DNA of 43,949 nt from Synergistes sp. (GTDB lineage: Bacteria; Synergistota; Synergistia; Synergistales; Synergistaceae), in NCBI GenBank assembly GCA_030531745.1, contig JAUNMU010000002.1, positions 1-43,949 on the forward strand, in the 5' to 3' direction. Numbering within the stretch: position 1 is the stretch's first letter; each line of letters starts with the position of its first letter. Below are positions 18,710-27,156 of this stretch, piece by piece. The notes beneath the pieces were generated by a model. The model ran no database searches. It was not told where the DNA came from and saw only the letters and a list, made by a program, of their open reading frames with translations. The translations under genes were made by a program, and so were the position numbers.

Positions 18710-19448
18710 GTTCCGCAAGAATATCCTCAGGAATGTCAAAGTTTGCATAGACGGATTGAACATCGTCATGCTCTTCAAAACGCTCCACCATGGACATCAT
18801 TTTCTGCGCATCTGCTTTATTTTTGATAGCAACGGTGTTCTTCGGAATCATGCGAACTTCCATTGTATCAAGGTTGTACCCTGCATCTTTCAGAGCTTTG
18901 CCGACCTGTGAAAGAACATTGGGCGCACAGGAGATCTCAAATCCATCATCTCCGGCCTCAACATCGTCAGCACCTGAATCAAGTGCCGCCATCATAAGTT
19001 CGTCCTCGTCAATGCCTTCGCCCGTAATTTCCACTATTCCCTTGCGGTCAAAGTTCCATGCAACGCATCCCATTTCTCCTATTGCTCCGCCGCACTTTGT
19101 AAAGAGAGAGCGCATATCGGGAGCCGTGCGGTTCCTGTTATCTGTCATCGTCTGTACCATAACGGCAACACCGTTCGGCCCATAACCCTCATAGTAGACC
19201 TCTTCCATCGGGCCGCCAAGTTCACCGGTACCGCGTTTAATTCCGCGTTCAATGTTGTCTATCGGGACGTTTCCTGCTTTTGCGCGTTCAACGGCAACTT
19301 TAAGACGGAAATTATTATTCGGGTCTCCGCCGCCTTCCTTTGCAGCCGCTATAATATCCTTGACCAACTTCTGGAACGCAACACCTTTCTTTGCGTCCTG
19401 AGCTGCCTTTCTGTGTTTGATACCTGCCCAGTGTGAATGTCCTGACAA
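18702..19448 (-). CDS. yebC: YebC/PmpR family DNA-binding transcriptional regulator
   Basis: (M)SGHSHWAGIKHRK is the canonical N-terminus when started at TTG 19448. SD GAGGTGA lies 5 nt upstream. Confidence 0.92.
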   Translation of the reverse strand: MSGHSHWAGIKHRKAAQDAKKGVAFQKLVKDIIAAAKEGGGDPNNNFRLKVAVERAKAGNVPIDNIERGIKRGTGELGGPMEEVYYEGYGPNGVAVMVQTMTDNRNRTAPDMRSLFTKCGGAIGEMGCVAWNFDRKGIVEITGEGIDEDELMMAALDSGADDVEAGDDGFEISCAPNVLSQVGKALKDAGYNLDTMEVRMIPKNTVAIKNKADAQKMMSMVERFEEHDDVQSVYANFDIPEDILAELD

Positions 19449-19481
19449 GAAGATCACCTCATTAAAATGTAAAAATTAAAA

Positions 19482-20231
19482 TTAAAGAGTATCGGGAAGC
19501 TTTGCCATAAGAGCAAATTTCCTTTTGTGCGCCGACCTTGCGGCGGCTCTCTCAATCTTTTCTGTTTCTTCGTCTGTTGCTTTGCCAGACGCGATATAAT
19601 TATCCAAAGCATCGTAGGTTATACCCATCTCATCTTCATCGGTCTGTCCTTCCCAAAGCGCCGCAGTCGGAGGACGGTCAATTATTTCGCGCGGCACACC
19701 CAAATATTCCGCAACAGCACGGACTTCCCCTTTCAGTAAATCCGAAATGGGCATCATATCAACGCCGGAATCACCGTACTTTGTGAAATACCCGAATGTT
19801 ATTTCGTCCTTGTTGCTCCCGCCGCAAACGAGATAATTATAATTTTGTGCAACTGCGTAAAGTGTTGTCATACGAAGTCTCGGCTTGATGTTTGATGAGG
19901 AAAGACCTTTAAGGTCAATTTCTTTAGATGTGATTTCATTAAAAAGCGTGTCGTAAGTTGAGGTCAGGTCAATTTTAATATGCCTTATGCCTAACTTTGA
20001 TGCCAACATAAGGGCATACTGCTCGTCAATCTGAAGACTGTGGCAAGGCATAATAAGACCTATGACATTATCTTTACCCAACGCTCTCGCAAGCAGAGCC
20101 GCAAGGACAGCAGAATCAATGCCGCCGCTTATCCCAAGGACAGCTCCCACTGCACCGGCTGCCAAAACATTTTCCTTGATCCAACCGGTCAAATATTCCG
20201 TTATCCTGCCTGCATCACGATAGATACCCAT
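19482..20231 (-). CDS. nadE: Ammonia-dependent NAD+ synthetase
   Basis: PP-loop SGGIDSAV, about 250 aa NadE-type. Confidence 0.93.
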   Translation of the reverse strand: MGIYRDAGRITEYLTGWIKENVLAAGAVGAVLGISGGIDSAVLAALLARALGKDNVIGLIMPCHSLQIDEQYALMLASKLGIRHIKIDLTSTYDTLFNEITSKEIDLKGLSSSNIKPRLRMTTLYAVAQNYNYLVCGGSNKDEITFGYFTKYGDSGVDMMPISDLLKGEVRAVAEYLGVPREIIDRPPTAALWEGQTDEDEMGITYDALDNYIASGKATDEETEKIERAAARSAHKRKFALMAKLPDTL

Positions 20232-20323
20232 GCGCTTTCCTCACTTTCCAAAACGCCCCTCAGGCGCAAGGTATATTCTAACATAAATATTAAAGATGCG
20301 TCACAAGAATACATGGTTAAGAT

Positions 20324-20965
20324 TTACAGTTTTTCTCTCACTTTGTTGATCACGGGGCGAAGGCTGAAACCTATCAGCGCACAGCCGACAAGAATATTCA
20401 ATGCCATGATAACCGCACGCGGAATGAAGCTGCTAAGCAAAGCCCCTGCCGCCGCAATGAGCGGCATACATACAACCGTTGAGACCACTGCACCCGCGCC
20501 AAAGAGCCATATATCAAGTCCTTTCATTTCTCCGTCTTCCAATCGTGACGCAAAAACCCCCGCCCAAAAGATAATAGTAAGAGGACTTGAAAACGCAAGA
20601 ATAAATGCCTGCAAAAACGCAGCCGACGGAGTTTCCGATACCGCAAACCGCAAGACAGCGTTACTTCCCAATGCTCCCATGATTATTGAAACGCCGAAAA
20701 AAGCCACGGCGGCAGACCCCAAGATGCCGAAAAGCATCTTTGCCCTGCCGCATCGCTCTATCATCATTCCGACGCCCAATATTGCAGCCGCAACGTAAAT
20801 GGCATCAACGACGGCAACCCCCATAGCTGCGGCAATACCGGACACTAATCCTCCCTGCACCGAGGTCTGAAATATCAAAAGCGCAACAGGCCCGATCGCA
20901 GCCTGAAGCACTATTCCCAACTTAAAACCGTTGAATATGAACTTATATCTCATGCTCTCCGGCAC
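20324..20965 (-). CDS. LysE family amino-acid exporter
   Basis: About 210 aa, six hydrophobic segments, LysE-like N-terminus (GFKLGIVLQAAIGPV). Start is uncertain: GTG 20965 or ATG 20953. Confidence 0.72.
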   Translation of the reverse strand: MPESMRYKFIFNGFKLGIVLQAAIGPVALLIFQTSVQGGLVSGIAAAMGVAVVDAIYVAAAILGVGMMIERCGRAKMLFGILGSAAVAFFGVSIIMGALGSNAVLRFAVSETPSAAFLQAFILAFSSPLTIIFWAGVFASRLEDGEMKGLDIWLFGAGAVVSTVVCMPLIAAAGALLSSFIPRAVIMALNILVGCALIGFSLRPVINKVREKL

Positions 20966-20984
20966 AGCACAACGCTGAAAACTT

Positions 20985-22400
20985 TCAATTCACACCGATC
21001 ATATCCGCTGAAATCTTTGAGAACCATGAACGTACTTCTTCAGCGTCCTTATCATACCCCACACGTCCCATAAGCCCGTATGTGTATTTTTTCCCCTGCT
21101 CTACCCCGGGTTGATCAAATGGATCTATACCCATCATATTTCCGGTAAGTGCGGTAAGATACTCATAAAAGAATATCAGTCTGCCGAGTGTCTCTGCGCC
21201 TATTTCGTCAAGCTCAACCCAAAGAAGCGGATGTCCTGATTTAACTATTGCTGCGGCAGTGCTTTGAGCTTCAAGATTCAGCATCTCGCCTATCTTTTGA
21301 TTTTCAAGATACCGGAGACCGTCAAGCGCAGAGTTGTCTATCTGCGGCACAGCAACATCTTCACCGTGATTTTTTATACAAAACAGCGTAAAGAATTTAT
21401 CATCAGGCCCCTCAGTGTACAACTGAACCTGTGAGTGCTGATCTATTGCGCCTATGGCTCTTACGGGTGTCGTCCCGCAAGCGTTTTTGCCAAGACTCTC
21501 AGCCCAAAGCTGCGCATACCACTCACAAAAATACGACATTTTACTTGAATACGGCATAAGTACGGAAATATTTCTCCCGTTCCTCTCATGTTCAAGATGC
21601 AGAGCCGCAAGCTTCAAAGCCGGATTTTTATCAAAATCTCTTTCTTTCGCAAGAAATTCGCGCATTTCGGCAGCACCTTTAAGCAGTCTGCGCACATCAA
21701 TTCCGAGAGCAGCCGCAGAAACAAGCCCGACTGAACTCAGCACAGAGAAACGTCCGCCGACCGAAGCCGGAAGATCAAGAACGCGACATCCGGAATTATT
21801 CGCAAAGCTGCGAAAAATGCCATTCTTCGGGTCTGTTATGATCAAAATATCATTGTCGCTTCCGCCATTCTCACGAAGCCTTTCTCGCAGCCAAAGAAAC
21901 TGCGTCATGGTCTCAGCAGTTGAGCCTGACTTACTGACACCGATAAGAGCTGTTTTAGTACCGCGGACAGACTCCCATATAAAGCGGAGTTTTTCCGGAT
22001 CCGGATTATCCGCCATAAAAAATTTCGGAGTGCCACAGGCACTGCAATATCCCGCAAGAGCCTCATGAAGCATAAGATTGCCGAGAGCAGAGCCGCCTAT
22101 ACCTACCTGAACGATATTTGAATAACCGGAGAGCCATTCAGCATTCTCAATGATCCCATCAACATCACCGTCGGGAAGCGAATACCAACCATGCCCCGAT
22201 GTCTCCGGCGAAGTACCCTCCAACCACTCCTTAGACTTCAGAGCCGAGCTCTCATATTTTTTTCTCAGGGATACACCATCTGCCCCACTGCTATATGAAG
22301 CCCCAAAAGAAAAAGAAATTTTTCTCAAGATAACACCTACTCTCCCATCGTTCTCAAAAATTGTGCGATCAAACCATATTCTCCTTTGCGCCTGTTTCAT
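20985..22400 (-). CDS. pgi: Glucose-6-phosphate isomerase
   Basis: SIS-domain motifs (VGIGGSALG, GVSKSGSTAET) and PGI C-terminal region (DQPGVEQGK). Start is ambiguous: ATG 22400 or TTG 22445. Confidence 0.9.
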   Translation of the reverse strand: MKQAQRRIWFDRTIFENDGRVGVILRKISFSFGASYSSGADGVSLRKKYESSALKSKEWLEGTSPETSGHGWYSLPDGDVDGIIENAEWLSGYSNIVQVGIGGSALGNLMLHEALAGYCSACGTPKFFMADNPDPEKLRFIWESVRGTKTALIGVSKSGSTAETMTQFLWLRERLRENGGSDNDILIITDPKNGIFRSFANNSGCRVLDLPASVGGRFSVLSSVGLVSAAALGIDVRRLLKGAAEMREFLAKERDFDKNPALKLAALHLEHERNGRNISVLMPYSSKMSYFCEWYAQLWAESLGKNACGTTPVRAIGAIDQHSQVQLYTEGPDDKFFTLFCIKNHGEDVAVPQIDNSALDGLRYLENQKIGEMLNLEAQSTAAAIVKSGHPLLWVELDEIGAETLGRLIFFYEYLTALTGNMMGIDPFDQPGVEQGKKYTYGLMGRVGYDKDAEEVRSWFSKISADMIGVN

Positions 22401-22626
22401 TATACTACCAAGACAATCACCTTTGAATAATTTTGCCGAAAACAATTTGCTGTTCGCACTTTTATTCAGGTGAACGGAACAAGTTTGATCATGATTTTTT
22501 CACAAGCCACACACATCTTATTTTATTACAGTAAAAACAGATATATATCTTAATTATCACATTAAAAAAATATATTTACCATATTTTACGTTGAATTTTA
22601 TCACAACTCACTCATTCACGCTGACA

Positions 22627-22654
22627 TTGCATATTAAAAAAATTTTGTTAAAAT
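22627..22654 (+). promoter_or_regulatory. Candidate promoter for nfnAB-like operon (TTGCAT-N16-TGtTAAAAT)
   Basis: TTGCAT at 22627-22632. Extended -10 TGTTAAAAT at 22646-22654. Confidence 0.45.
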
Positions 22655-22666
22655 TCACTTAGCAGC

Positions 22667-22700
22667 GTGATTGACAATCACTTGTGTGATTTTGATCACA
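22667..22700. promoter_or_regulatory. Two adjacent perfect palindromes (operator-like): GTGATTGaCAATCAC and TGTGATtttgATCACA
   Basis: Site 1 is 22667-22681 (7-bp arms). Site 2 is 22685-22700 and fits TGTGA-N6-TCACA. They are 3 bp apart and end 22 nt before the ATG at 22722. Confidence 0.6.
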
Positions 22701-22721
22701 TCAAAAGGATGGATGCAGATC

Positions 22722-23567
22722 ATGTATGAGATAGTTTCAAAAGAAAAGCTTGCACCCAAAGAGTTTGACCTTTGGGTTAAGGCACCGCGCATAGCGAACC
22801 ATGCAAAGGCAGGACAGTTCGTTGTGCTGCGCGTCAACGAAAACGGAGAAAGAATTCCGCTTACAATAGCCGATTATGATAAGGAAAATGGACTTATCCG
22901 CCTCATATTTCAGGTAGTGGGAAAGACAACAGCCGCAATGTCGTGCCTGTCTGTCGGCGACAGTCTTAAGGATATTTCAGGTCCGCTTGGCACTCCGAGC
23001 GAAATTGAAAAATACGGAACAGTGCTCATGATCGGCGGCGGCGTAGGCATTGCCGCACTCTACCCCATTATAAAAGCTCTGAAACTTGCGGGCAACAAGG
23101 TCATAACCATACTCGGCGGTCGCACGTCAAATCTTGTTGTGATGAAAGAAGAATGCCGCAAATACTCAGATGAACTCATCATAACAACAGATGATGGTTC
23201 TGAAGGTATGAAGGGCGTAGTAACAGACGCAATGAAGATGGTAGTTGAACGCGGAGAAAAAGTAGACAGAACATGGTGCATCGGTCCGTCAATTATGATG
23301 AAATTCGGGACAAAGGCAGCAAAGGAACTCAATCTGCCGATATGGGTCTCGCTCAATCCTCTCATGGTTGACGGAACGGGTATGTGCGGCTGCTGCCGCG
23401 TGACTGTTGACGGTAAAATATTCTTTGCCTGCGTTGACGGCCCCGAATTTGACGGTCACAAGGTCAACTGGGATGAATTTATGAGCCGTCTGCGTCAGTA
23501 TAAAGACGAAGAAAAGATCTCAATGGATAAATTTAAGGCTGAAGTTGGTGAAGAGACATGGCTGTAA
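22722..23567 (+). CDS. Ferredoxin-NADP+ reductase / sulfide dehydrogenase-type subunit alpha (NfnA/SudB-like, FAD + 2Fe-2S)
   Basis: PyrK-like flavoprotein fold (RIPLTIADYD, GGGVGIA) and a C-terminal Cys cluster GMCGCCRV...FACVDGP. Paired with the GltD-like subunit. Confidence 0.85.
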   Translation: MYEIVSKEKLAPKEFDLWVKAPRIANHAKAGQFVVLRVNENGERIPLTIADYDKENGLIRLIFQVVGKTTAAMSCLSVGDSLKDISGPLGTPSEIEKYGTVLMIGGGVGIAALYPIIKALKLAGNKVITILGGRTSNLVVMKEECRKYSDELIITTDDGSEGMKGVVTDAMKMVVERGEKVDRTWCIGPSIMMKFGTKAAKELNLPIWVSLNPLMVDGTGMCGCCRVTVDGKIFFACVDGPEFDGHKVNWDEFMSRLRQYKDEEKISMDKFKAEVGEETWL

Positions 23568-24964
23568 CATTTTCAAAACAAAAAACACCGATAAAAGAAC
23601 AGGATCCGCAGATAAGAAGAGGGAACTTTAAGGAAGTATGTCTCGGCTATTCGCTTGAAGAGGGGCGCACGGAGGCAGGACGCTGTCTTCAGTGCAAGAC
23701 GAAGCCATGCATTAACGGATGTCCTGTAAAAATTGACATTCCGGCTTTCATAAAATGTATAAAAGAAGGCAATATGGCAGAGGCTGCGGCGGTATTAGAC
23801 AAATACACCAACCTCCCCGCTGTGTGCGGTCGTGTCTGTCCTCAGGAATCACAGTGCGAAGGTCTCTGCACTGTCGGCAAAATGAAAGATTTTGAGCCTG
23901 TATCAATCGGCAAACTTGAGCGTCTTGTCGCTGACTGGAAATATTCACAGGATAATTTGACACAGAAGGCATACGAAGGCGAAAAAAAAGGCAAAGTAGC
24001 AGTTGTAGGATCCGGTCCGTCAAGCCTCACAGTTGCGGGCGACCTTGCAAAAATGGGCTACGAAGTGAAGATATTTGAAGCACTTCACGCAGCCGGCGGC
24101 GTCCTCATTTACGGCATACCGGAATTTCGCCTTCCCAAAAACATAGTAAAGATGGAAATTGAAGCGATGCAGAAACTCGGCGTTGAGATTGAGACAAACG
24201 TCGTTGTCGGCAAGACGATCACGATGCAGGAAATAATGCGCGAATTTGACGCCTGCTATATCGCAGTCGGCGCAGGCGCCCCCCACTTCCAGGGCATACC
24301 CGGCACGACTCTCAACGGCGTTTACTCAGCCTCCGAATATCTTACGAGAATAAACCTTATGCACGGTTACGAATTTCCGGAATTTGACACACCGGCAAAG
24401 AAAGCCCGTAAAGTCGTAGTAATAGGCGGCGGCAACGTCGCAATGGACGCGGCACGCTCTGCAAAACGTCTTGGCGCAGAAGAAGTCTCAATCGTCTACC
24501 GCCGTTCACTTGCGGAGCTTCCGGCAAGAATTGAAGAATACCACCACGCCGTTGAAGAGGGAATTATATTCAACTGGCTGACCAACCCAACAGAATATGT
24601 AGGCGACGGAGATGGAAAACTGAAAGGTGTTAAGTGCATCAAGATGGAGCTCGGCGAACCTGACGCATCAGGCCGACGCCGCCCCGTCCCCATTGAAGGC
24701 AGCGAGTTCTTCATTGAAGCCGACTGCGCAATAGAGGCAATAGGTCAGGGCGCAAACAGAGTGCTTCTGTCAACATTCCCCGAAATGAAGCTAAACAAGT
24801 GGGGTTACATTGACGCAGACGAAAAGACCGGCGCAACATCCGTTCCCGGCGTCTACGCCGGAGGCGACATTGTCACAGGAGCTGCAACAGTAATACTTGC
24901 TATGGGCGCGGGAAAAGACGCAGCAATAGCCATTGACAAGTACATCACCGAAAAGAAAAAATAA
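23558..24964 (+). CDS. NADPH-dependent glutamate synthase small-subunit-like oxidoreductase (NfnB/GltD-like)
   Basis: N-terminal Fe-S Cys motifs (CLQCKTKPCINGCP; CGRVCPQESQCEGLC). Two dinucleotide folds (VVGSGPSSL, VIGGGNVAMD). Overlaps the upstream gene by 10 nt. Confidence 0.88.
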   Translation: MAVTFSKQKTPIKEQDPQIRRGNFKEVCLGYSLEEGRTEAGRCLQCKTKPCINGCPVKIDIPAFIKCIKEGNMAEAAAVLDKYTNLPAVCGRVCPQESQCEGLCTVGKMKDFEPVSIGKLERLVADWKYSQDNLTQKAYEGEKKGKVAVVGSGPSSLTVAGDLAKMGYEVKIFEALHAAGGVLIYGIPEFRLPKNIVKMEIEAMQKLGVEIETNVVVGKTITMQEIMREFDACYIAVGAGAPHFQGIPGTTLNGVYSASEYLTRINLMHGYEFPEFDTPAKKARKVVVIGGGNVAMDAARSAKRLGAEEVSIVYRRSLAELPARIEEYHHAVEEGIIFNWLTNPTEYVGDGDGKLKGVKCIKMELGEPDASGRRRPVPIEGSEFFIEADCAIEAIGQGANRVLLSTFPEMKLNKWGYIDADEKTGATSVPGVYAGGDIVTGAATVILAMGAGKDAAIAIDKYITEKKK

Positions 24965-25028
24965 CCGATAGCATCAACTGCTTTTCATAAGGAGCAGTCA
25001 GGTCAATAACTGATAAAAATATTTTTAA

Positions 25029-25057
25029 GGCAGTCACTCGCATAATGAGTGACTGCC
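25029..25057. terminator. Perfect 11-bp hairpin downstream of the nfnB-like gene (atypical or bidirectional terminator)
   Basis: GGCAGTCACTC-GCATAAT-GAGTGACTGCC. There is no T-tract on the plus side. On the minus side it is followed by TTAAAAATATTTTT. Confidence 0.45.
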
Positions 25058-25243
25058 GCATCATTCCATAACACAGTGTTTTCTTAGCATAACAACAGTG
25101 CATATCTTATTTCACGCGACCAATCAATCAAACAAAAGTCAGTAATGGAAACATCTCCGTATCTTGTTCTGTGTAAAGTGCAGTTCTCGTGTGTATTTTA
25201 TTTCCTTTCGTGTCATACGAAAAATGCTACGATTTTTTATTTT

Positions 25244-25272
25244 TTGACGTTACAGGCGGCGTGTTATAAAAT
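25244..25272 (+). promoter_or_regulatory. Candidate sigma70 promoter for the nif3-trpS-scpAB-rluB gene string (TTGACG-N17-TAAAAT)
   Basis: TTGACG at 25244-25249 and TAAAAT at 25267-25272, 25 nt before the ATG, with SD GAGGTGG. Confidence 0.55.
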
Positions 25273-25296
25273 ATAGACTTGAATTGAGGTGGCGGA

Positions 25297-26124
25297 ATGA
25301 AACTGTCTTGTGTGATTTCTAAAATTGAAGAGAGAATACCCAAAGCATGGGCTGAGGAGTGGGATAATTTCGGTCTGATGTTCGGAGATACAGACGCGGA
25401 AGTGACAAAGGTCGCCGTTTCGCTTGATGCCACGCCGCAAACTGTATCTTCGGCTGCGGCGTGTGGCTGCGGACTTTTGGTGACACATCATCCCGTGATA
25501 TTTCGTCCGTTTAAGTCGCTCACGAATGATACGCTTGCAGGCAGAACGATGATTTCAGCCGTAAAGTCAAACACGGCTGTTTATGCGGCTCACACGAATT
25601 GGGATAATTCTCCGGAGGGTGTAAATTATTCACTTGCCTCGCTTATCGGCCTTATAGGGATAAGGCCGCTCGTGCCTGCCGAAAACGGATCATGGGGAGT
25701 TTGCGCTGTCGGCGATTTGCCATCGCCTGTGTCGCCTTTTGAACTTACCGAACTGCTGCACAAGCATTGGGGAGTAAGCAGGGTCTTTTGTTACGCACAG
25801 AAAACCGCATATATAAGGAAAATTGCGGTTGGCGGAGGTGCGTGCAAAGAATTTTGGCGCGATGCGTTCGCATCGGGTGCAGACACGTTTATAACAGCAG
25901 ATGTCTCCTATCATATAAAAGAGGAGGCAGCTGCCTGCGGACTTAATCTTATCGTTTGCGATCATGGTGAGATGGAACGCGCCTCGCTTCCGTCATTGAA
26001 AAAAGTTATTGAAGAAGCGACGGGGATAGAGTGTTGTATGCTTAACGACAGCTTTGCGCCGTTTTGCTGCTCATTCTGCGAAGAATATACGGATAGAATT
26101 GAATTATACAAAAACAGAGGTTAA
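25297..26124 (+). CDS. Nif3-like dinuclear metal center protein (YqfO/YbgI family)
   Basis: WDNFGL, THHP and AAHTNWD motifs typical of NIF3. Short form of about 275 aa. Confidence 0.85.
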   Translation: MKLSCVISKIEERIPKAWAEEWDNFGLMFGDTDAEVTKVAVSLDATPQTVSSAAACGCGLLVTHHPVIFRPFKSLTNDTLAGRTMISAVKSNTAVYAAHTNWDNSPEGVNYSLASLIGLIGIRPLVPAENGSWGVCAVGDLPSPVSPFELTELLHKHWGVSRVFCYAQKTAYIRKIAVGGGACKEFWRDAFASGADTFITADVSYHIKEEAAACGLNLIVCDHGEMERASLPSLKKVIEEATGIECCMLNDSFAPFCCSFCEEYTDRIELYKNRG

Positions 26125-26152
26125 TCATAATTTTCAGGAAGGACGATAAACT

Positions 26153-27148
26153 ATGGACGAAAGAAAAAGGATTTTCAGCGCAATGCGCCCGACAGGAAAG
26201 CTCCATTACGGACACATGGCAGGGGCGCTGTTCAACTGGGTAAAGCTTCAGAATGAATATAATTGTTTCTGGGGTATCGCGGACTGGCACGCGATGATGT
26301 CCGACTATGCCGATACAAGCAGAATAAAAGACAACTGCTATGAAATACTTCTTGATTGGCTTGCAGTTGGCGTTGATCCGGAAAAATCAGCTATATTTGT
26401 CCAGTCGCACGTCAAACAGCATGCGGAGATACACCTTGCACTTTCAATGATAACGCCGCTTGGCTGGCTGCAGCGCTGCCCGACATACAAGGAACAGATT
26501 TTGAATTTACAGAACAAAGATCTCTCAACCTACGCATTCCTCGGTTATCCCACGCTTATGGCAGGAGATATTCTGCTTTACAGATCATGGGCTGTTCCCG
26601 TTGGTGAGGATCAGAGCGCACACCTTGAATTGACGCGCGAAATTGTCCGCCGCTTCAACGGATTCTATGGCGAAGTCTTCCCCGAACCCGAGACACTGCT
26701 GACTCCGGCGGCAAAAATGCCCGGGCTTGACGGTCGTAAAATGAGCAAGTCTTATGGCAACTCGTTGGATATAGCCGAGGATATGGATACGGTATGGAAT
26801 AAACTCCGCACCATGGTGACCGATCCGGCACGCGAGCGCAGAACGGACAAAGGTACGCCGGAAAAATGCCCTGTTTGGGATATTCACAAATTCTTCAATA
26901 AGAATGCAGAAGAGATGGCAGAACTTCACGAAGGATGCCTGACCGCGGGCTGCGGCTGTGTTGACTGCAAGAAAAAACTCATGGCTCACGTTGCGGAAAT
27001 GATGGATCCGATACAGAAGCGCCGCGCCGAACTTGCGAAAAATCGTGACGATCTTACGCAGATACTTGAAGAAGGTGCGAAACGCGCAAGAGTTGTTGCC
27101 GAAGCAACAATGGAAAAAGTCTACACAGCAATGAAAATGCTGCATTAG
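26153..27148 (+). CDS. trpS: Tryptophan--tRNA ligase
   Basis: Class I motifs GKLHYGH (HIGH variant) and KMSKS. Cys cluster C239-x22-C262-x6-C269-x2-C272. Confidence 0.95.
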   Translation: MDERKRIFSAMRPTGKLHYGHMAGALFNWVKLQNEYNCFWGIADWHAMMSDYADTSRIKDNCYEILLDWLAVGVDPEKSAIFVQSHVKQHAEIHLALSMITPLGWLQRCPTYKEQILNLQNKDLSTYAFLGYPTLMAGDILLYRSWAVPVGEDQSAHLELTREIVRRFNGFYGEVFPEPETLLTPAAKMPGLDGRKMSKSYGNSLDIAEDMDTVWNKLRTMVTDPARERRTDKGTPEKCPVWDIHKFFNKNAEEMAELHEGCLTAGCGCVDCKKKLMAHVAEMMDPIQKRRAELAKNRDDLTQILEEGAKRARVVAEATMEKVYTAMKMLH

Positions 27149-27156
27149 GTGTAACG

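Noticed and set aside
20040-22068. Plus-strand ORFs of 252 aa and 204 aa across nadE/lysE and pgi
   Set aside because: They are antisense to well-supported genes, span an intergenic boundary and have no recognisable domains or RBS.
22671-22676. Perfect TTGACA as the -35 of the nfnA promoter
   Set aside because: The position 17 nt downstream reads GATCAC, which is not -10-like. The hexamer is part of the palindrome GTGATTGACAATCAC, so it is more likely operator sequence.
26125-26152. T-box leader or attenuator upstream of trpS
   Set aside because: Only 28 nt separate nif3 and trpS, which is far too short for a T-box. No specifier or antiterminator structure is visible.
26585-27145. 186-aa minus-strand ORF inside trpS, with similar antisense ORFs at 38486-39058 and 42513-43019
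   Set aside because: They are shadow ORFs opposite trpS, the ABC ATPase gene and the histidine kinase gene. No motifs or translation signals are present.
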